A DNA stretch of 26,484 nt from Macrostomum lignano. Lineage: Eukaryota. The position numbers and the translations under genes were made by a program. The DNA lies in NCBI GenBank assembly GCA_002269645.1, contig NIVC01005091.1:1-26484 (forward strand), given 5' to 3'. The notes beneath the pieces are model-generated. The model worked only from the letters and a program-made list of their open reading frames with translations. It was not told the origin of the DNA and searched no databases. Shown piece after piece: positions 22,801 through 26,484 of the stretch; the first letter of the stretch is position 1; every line of letters begins with the position of its first letter.

Positions 22801-25800
22801 GACCGGGACCGGTGAACACTCGCTGATCCCAGGGTCGTCGGAGTAGCCAGGGAAGGGCTGGGACCGGGGTGTCTCAGGCGGGAGGGCCCGAACCATGACC
22901 CGTCCAGTGGCCATTAGGCCGAGACACAACATTACTCTTTTTAACAGTCAGCAATAGTACTCCTTGCTTGGCACATCTTTCGTTACTCTGTAATATACGT
23001 ACCTGATAAACAGTCAAGGCTCCCCGGCATCCACGAGCTGTGAGGTCAATCGCTATGTATCCACCGCTGGAAACTGGAATGTTCCAGCCAGTAGCGCCGT
23101 CAAACGTCGCACCAGTGATCGTAAATTGCGGCAAGTACACAGGACTCGATAAACCATTAACGACGGGACAAACTGTAATGACAACGTGAAAATGTCTTAT
23201 TTATTAAGTTATTAATACACTACTTCTCGAATACAGCTCTCAATAACAATTGGGCACTTAAAAGAATCATGTAACGATCTTATTTACTTGTTGTGGGCAC
23301 TGTTGTAGTACTTGTACTTGTCAGAGTAGTTGTAGTGGTAGTGGTCGACGTTGTCGGTGTAGTTGTTGTGGTTGTTGTGGGTGTTGTAGTTGTTGTAGTG
23401 GTCGTTGTTGTCGGAGTTGTCAAGCAGGTATTATTCAAAGGTGTGAAGCAAGCCTTGATTGTGATGTAAGCTCGAAATGCCGTGTCGGAGCTGAAAGCGC
23501 TCTTCAACTGTTGCGGTGAGATGCGCACACCAGTGAGCATCATTCCTGTAGGCGGAGTGAAGCACAACGGATCGGAAACCCCAGTAGCTGACTGGCTTGC
23601 AGACGGAAGATTCGGACTGAATGGTCCTCCGTATGTAGTTTGATACAGGATGTAGGAACTCTGAATGTTTCCTAGTAGACAAATCTGCAAAAACCGTTGT
23701 GTGGTACACAATGTGTATTGTCTAGTGGTATGTCTGAAACTTATTAGCAAAGTGTCACGTTGTAACGAAATTCCTGCTCAATACTCACGCTCTCAACAGT
23801 AATTGGCATGCGGCAGCCAAACACGGAGATGTCCACTGTCATTGCGTAGGTACCACCAGTTCGAATCATGTACCCTGAAACAGTGTAATTGGCTCCACTG
23901 ACTGCAAATGATGGAATAAAGCGCTCATCCGACAAGCCATCAACTGCACATGAAGGCGTAGTTGTAGTAGCAGTGGTCGTTGTGCTCGTCGTCGTGCTCG
24001 TCGTTGATGTCGACGTGGTGGGTGTAGTTGTCGCTGTTGATGTTGTCGTCGGTGTAGTCGCAGTCGTTGTTGTGCTCGTCGAAGTGGTTGGTGTTGAAGT
24101 TGTCGTTGAGGTAGTCGTCGTAGTACACGATACTGGCAGAGGAGTGAAACAGGCCTCGATGGAAAGGAAAAACTGATACAACGAATCGCCTGAGGCTGCG
24201 CTTTTAAACTCTTTCGGAACAATTCTCAGCTCGGAAATGGGAAGCATTGGGTAGTAGCACAGCGGTGTAGCAGTGTCACTTGTATTGTACAGCGACTGCT
24301 CGAAGAAGTCCCAGTAGAGGGTGGAGCCTTGACGGATGATAAGATCAGCTCGTTTTACATTACCGCCGAACAGACAAATCTAAAACGGAACGCATCTAAT
24401 TTTAGCATTTGAAATTGCTATTTTATTTAAATATCAAGAAAAGAACAAGTTACATACCCTATTAATTAGGATCGGTGTGCGGCAACCGGATACAGAAATG
24501 TCCACATAGACGCCTTCCACTGAGCCTCTGGGTACATTATATCCTGTTAACGGATTATAACTAGGAGCATTGATAGAAGAACTGGGAATCAAGACGCCGT
24601 TGAGTCCGTTCACCAAACAGGATGTTGTTGTCGACGGAGTGGTTGTAGTAGTGCTAGTTGCTGTTGTGGTCGATGTCGGCGTTGTGCTAGTAGTTGTGGG
24701 AGTTGTTGTTGTGGATTTAGTAGTCGACGTTGTAGAAGTCGTCGTTGTCGACGTCGTTACAGGTTGCGTTTGACAGGCCGTAGTTAGAGGCGCGAAACAG
24801 CCCTCAAGGCTCAGGAAGAATGAATAATTCGTTTCCAGCGACGAGCTGTTCAGTAGTGCGACTGGCGTGATTGCAATGCTAGATATGTTTGCCCCGAGAG
24901 TTATGCAAAGAGGAGTCAACGAAGACGAGACAGATACCAAATTGGATTCCAAGACAAGATCGAACCGACCGGTCGGATAAGTCGTCTGGGTAGACACCGT
25001 TACCTGCCTTACATTTCCTGTCACACAAACTCTCGTTAGGTATGTAGGAACAGGATTACATCCTCCAGCAGTCAAATCTATGATAAGATCTCGTCTCGGA
25101 CTCACTGGCATCTCGTATCGACCAGTTACATAAGTGGCGCCGGTAATGGCCCAATCAGGTATGTACTTTCTATCACTAAGGCCATTGAGTGCTGGACAAA
25201 TTGTAGGCTTGACAGTAGTTGTAGACGTTGTTGTCGTTGACGTTGTCGTAGGAGTTGTAGTTGTGCTGGTAGTTGTAGGTGTTGTAGTGGTTGTTGAAGT
25301 AGTCGTCGGTGTTGTGGTAGTGCTACTAGTTGTAGTAGGCGTTGTAGTTGTGCTTGTAGTACTCGAAGTTGGAGTGGTTGAAGTGGTAGATGTAGATGTT
25401 GAAGTGGAGGTTGTTGGTGCGACTGTGGTAGACGTCGTCGTTGGAGTTGTAGTGGTAGTAGGAGTAGTCGATGTCGATGTTGTTGGTGTAGTTGTGGTTG
25501 ACGTCGTCGTGGGTCGTTGTCGTTGACGTCGTCGTGGGTGTCGTTGTTGTGGTGGTGGTTGTTGTAGTCGTAGTAGTGAGACAGCTGGCATTTAAGGCAG
25601 TGAAGCAGCCGTAGATATTCATATAAAATGTGAAATCTGATCCTGTTCCAGGAGTCATTGTCTGTGGCATCAGCTGCAAACCGGTGATGTCTCTGTTCAC
25701 TTGAAGACAAAGCAGCCCGTTTCCACCCGTAACGGATGCAGGGAAAAGCACAAGCCTAGAATCCAGATTGTTCTGTACTGAAATCAGAGTCGTTTGCACA

Positions 25801-26484
25801 TTTCCACCGAGACAGACGCTAAAAATTCGAATTGGCGCACGACATCCGCGAGCAGAGATATCCACCACAATAGAACCAAGTGGTTGAACAACGAATGCTC
25901 CTGCTCGATTAATAGATGCCCCAGAAATGTCTTGATCTGGTATAAACTGCGCGCTTGTCATTCCGTCGACCACAGGACAGTCTAAAAATCATATTTTTAC
26001 AGACAAATGATGATTATAACAAAAAACAATAAAATGAAACGAAAGGTTAGATTTCTATTACTACTAATTCTTACAGGTCGTAGGTGTAGTTGTAGTAGTA
26101 GAAGTTGTTGTCGGTGTCGTCGGAGTAGTGCTTGTCGTTGTGCTGGGTGTCGTTGAAGTAGTTGAAGGCGTGGTTGTAGCTGTACTGGTTGTTGTAGGAG
26201 TTGTAGGGGTTGTTGTTGGTTCTTTTGTTGTTGTTGATGTTGTTGTGCTTGTTGTGCTTGAAGTTGGTGTTGTCGTCGGTGTAGTGGTTGTTGGGGTCGA
26301 TGTCGTCGGTGTTGTTGTGGTTGATGTTGTTGTTGAGGTTGTGGGAGTAGTTGTAGTTGACGTTGTTGATGTCGTCGTAGTCGTTGTAAGACAGGACGCG
26401 TTTAAGTTGCTGAAGCAGCCATATATCGATAAGAAGAAGTAGTAGGAACTTGCTGTCGTCTTGTAAAGCTGCGGTTCTACCTGA
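16654..26484 (-). CDS. Large type I membrane mucin-like protein (5'-partial): tandem six-Cys domains alternating with Thr/Pro tracts, SEA domain, TM helix, cytoplasmic tail
   Basis: 15 exons joined by 14 GT-AG introns with compatible phases, apart from two local frameshifts (~25513 and ~18930). Exons are listed separately below. Confidence 0.9.
17110..17312 (-). CDS. Exon n: Ser/Thr/Ala stalk plus transmembrane helix (frame absent from the ORF track)
   Basis: Hand translation gives AVTSLTSTSSTTTAVESTTRAAATT...QDYTILIILVAVIGGLFLLVLVIFII. Phase-0 donor GTAAGC at 17109. Confidence 0.9.
17406..18549 (-). CDS. Exon m: C-half of D9, long (T6P)n tract, SEA domain
   Basis: SEA-like segment PFSFRFSNLQWFDDYADPNSWRYKQL...FKSGSVVI. 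Phase-1 donor GTGAGC at 17405. Confidence 0.9.
17851..18270. repeat. 21-bp coding tandem repeat (~20 units) encoding TTTTTTP
   Basis: AGT(A/G)GTTGTGGTAGTAGTCGG is repeated with very few substitutions. Confidence 0.9.
18641..18813 (-). CDS. Exon l: N-half of D9
   Basis: Reads CPMVNAL...VDLTINNCR. Donor AGG|GTAAGC at 18640. Confidence 0.85.
18901..19266 (-). CDS. Exon k: C-half of D8 plus short Thr/Ser tract; apparent 1-nt frameshift near its end
   Basis: Starts VCLIGGNVKRADL. Donor GTAAGT at 18900. Confidence 0.8.
19357..19526 (-). CDS. Exon j: N-half of D8 (absent from the ORF track)
   Basis: Hand translation gives CPAVDAIADTSLLPSWAISGATFSPVLGYTMSRAPGEGLFIDLTSNNCRRPEYITQ. Donor GTACAA at 19356. 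Confidence 0.85.
19603..20257 (-). CDS. Exon i: C-half of D7 plus Thr tract
   Basis: Starts ICLIGNV. Phase-1 donor GTAAGT at 19602. Confidence 0.85.
20347..20964 (-). CDS. Exon h: C-half of D6, Thr tract, N-half of D7
   Basis: Starts LCIAGNV. Donor AGG|GTACGC at 20346. 206 codons. Confidence 0.85.
21076..21236 (-). CDS. Exon g: N-half of D6
   Basis: Reads CLVDAF...IDLTVFGCRP. Phase-0 donor GTAAAG at 21075. Confidence 0.85.
21354..21945 (-). CDS. Exon f: C-half of D5 plus Thr tract
   Basis: Starts VCLIGGNV. Phase-1 donor GTAAGT at 21353. Confidence 0.85.
22252..22931. mobile_element. Solo LTR (680 bp) inside the intron between exons e and f
   Basis: TGTTG...CAACA termini with a 4-bp TTAC duplication on both sides. 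GC-rich relative to the intron. AATAAA at 22693 and repeated CCAATAA on the plus strand suggest + orientation. Confidence 0.8.
23003..23172 (-). CDS. Exon e: N-half of D5
   Basis: Reads CPVVNGL...IDLTARGCR. Donor CAG|GTACGT at 23002. Confidence 0.85.
23288..23684 (-). CDS. Exon d: C-half of D4 plus Thr tract
   Basis: Starts ICLLGNI. Phase-1 donor GTAAAT at 23287. Confidence 0.85.
23789..24379 (-). CDS. Exon c: C-half of D3, Thr tract, N-half of D4
   Basis: Starts ICLFGGNV after TTTTAG. Donor GTGAGT at 23788. 197 codons. Confidence 0.85.
24458..25981 (-). CDS. Exon b: domains D1 and D2, N-half of D3, Thr tracts; one frameshift
   Basis: Acceptor at 25982-25983 and phase-0 donor GTATGT at 24457. 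Joins ORFs 25326-25973 and 24434-25591. Confidence 0.85.
26075..26484 (-). CDS. Mucin-like gene exon a (5'-partial): C-half of domain D0 plus Thr tract
   Basis: Reads YYFFLSIYGCFSNLNASC then T-rich. Phase-1 donor GTAAGA at 26074. Confidence 0.85.

Noticed and set aside
22222-22932. ORFs of 69-103 aa within the intronic insertion
   Set aside because: They lie inside the solo LTR and show no gag/pol motifs.
17750-26442. Val-rich plus-strand ORFs and His/Asn/Tyr/Asp-rich minus-strand ORFs
   Set aside because: They are antisense and off-frame shadows of ACN-rich Thr tracts.

Overview
Repeat-rich eukaryotic (probably invertebrate) genomic DNA with many short GT-AG introns. A flatworm such as Macrostomum is only a guess from composition. 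From left to right the window holds: a minisatellite and a composite minisatellite/(TATC)n array (1-3563); a Pro-rich, apparently spliced minus-strand ORF (4119-4615); an orphan minus-strand coding exon of ~460 codons (5273-6651); two TA-flanked MITEs and a Helitron-like 3' end; a frameshifted Mag-like Ty3/Gypsy element (candidate LTR, tRNA-Ser PBS, gag, protease, RT, RNase H) cut off before integrase by a 1.16-kb (GATA)n array; and an (ACTC)n array. The right 9.8 kb (16654-26484, minus strand) is the 3' part of a large multi-exon membrane-mucin-like gene. I could trace 15 exons (~2,470 codons in the window). They encode 9 complete and 1 partial copies of a divergent ~130-aa six-cysteine domain that I cannot assign to a named family, alternating with Thr/Pro-rich tracts. 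These are followed by a SEA domain with a GSVV motif, one transmembrane helix and a short tail. The gene has two apparent frameshifts and a solo LTR in one intron. The repeated domain and its architecture are the most interesting candidate novelty. All assignments were made by eye; no database searches were run.
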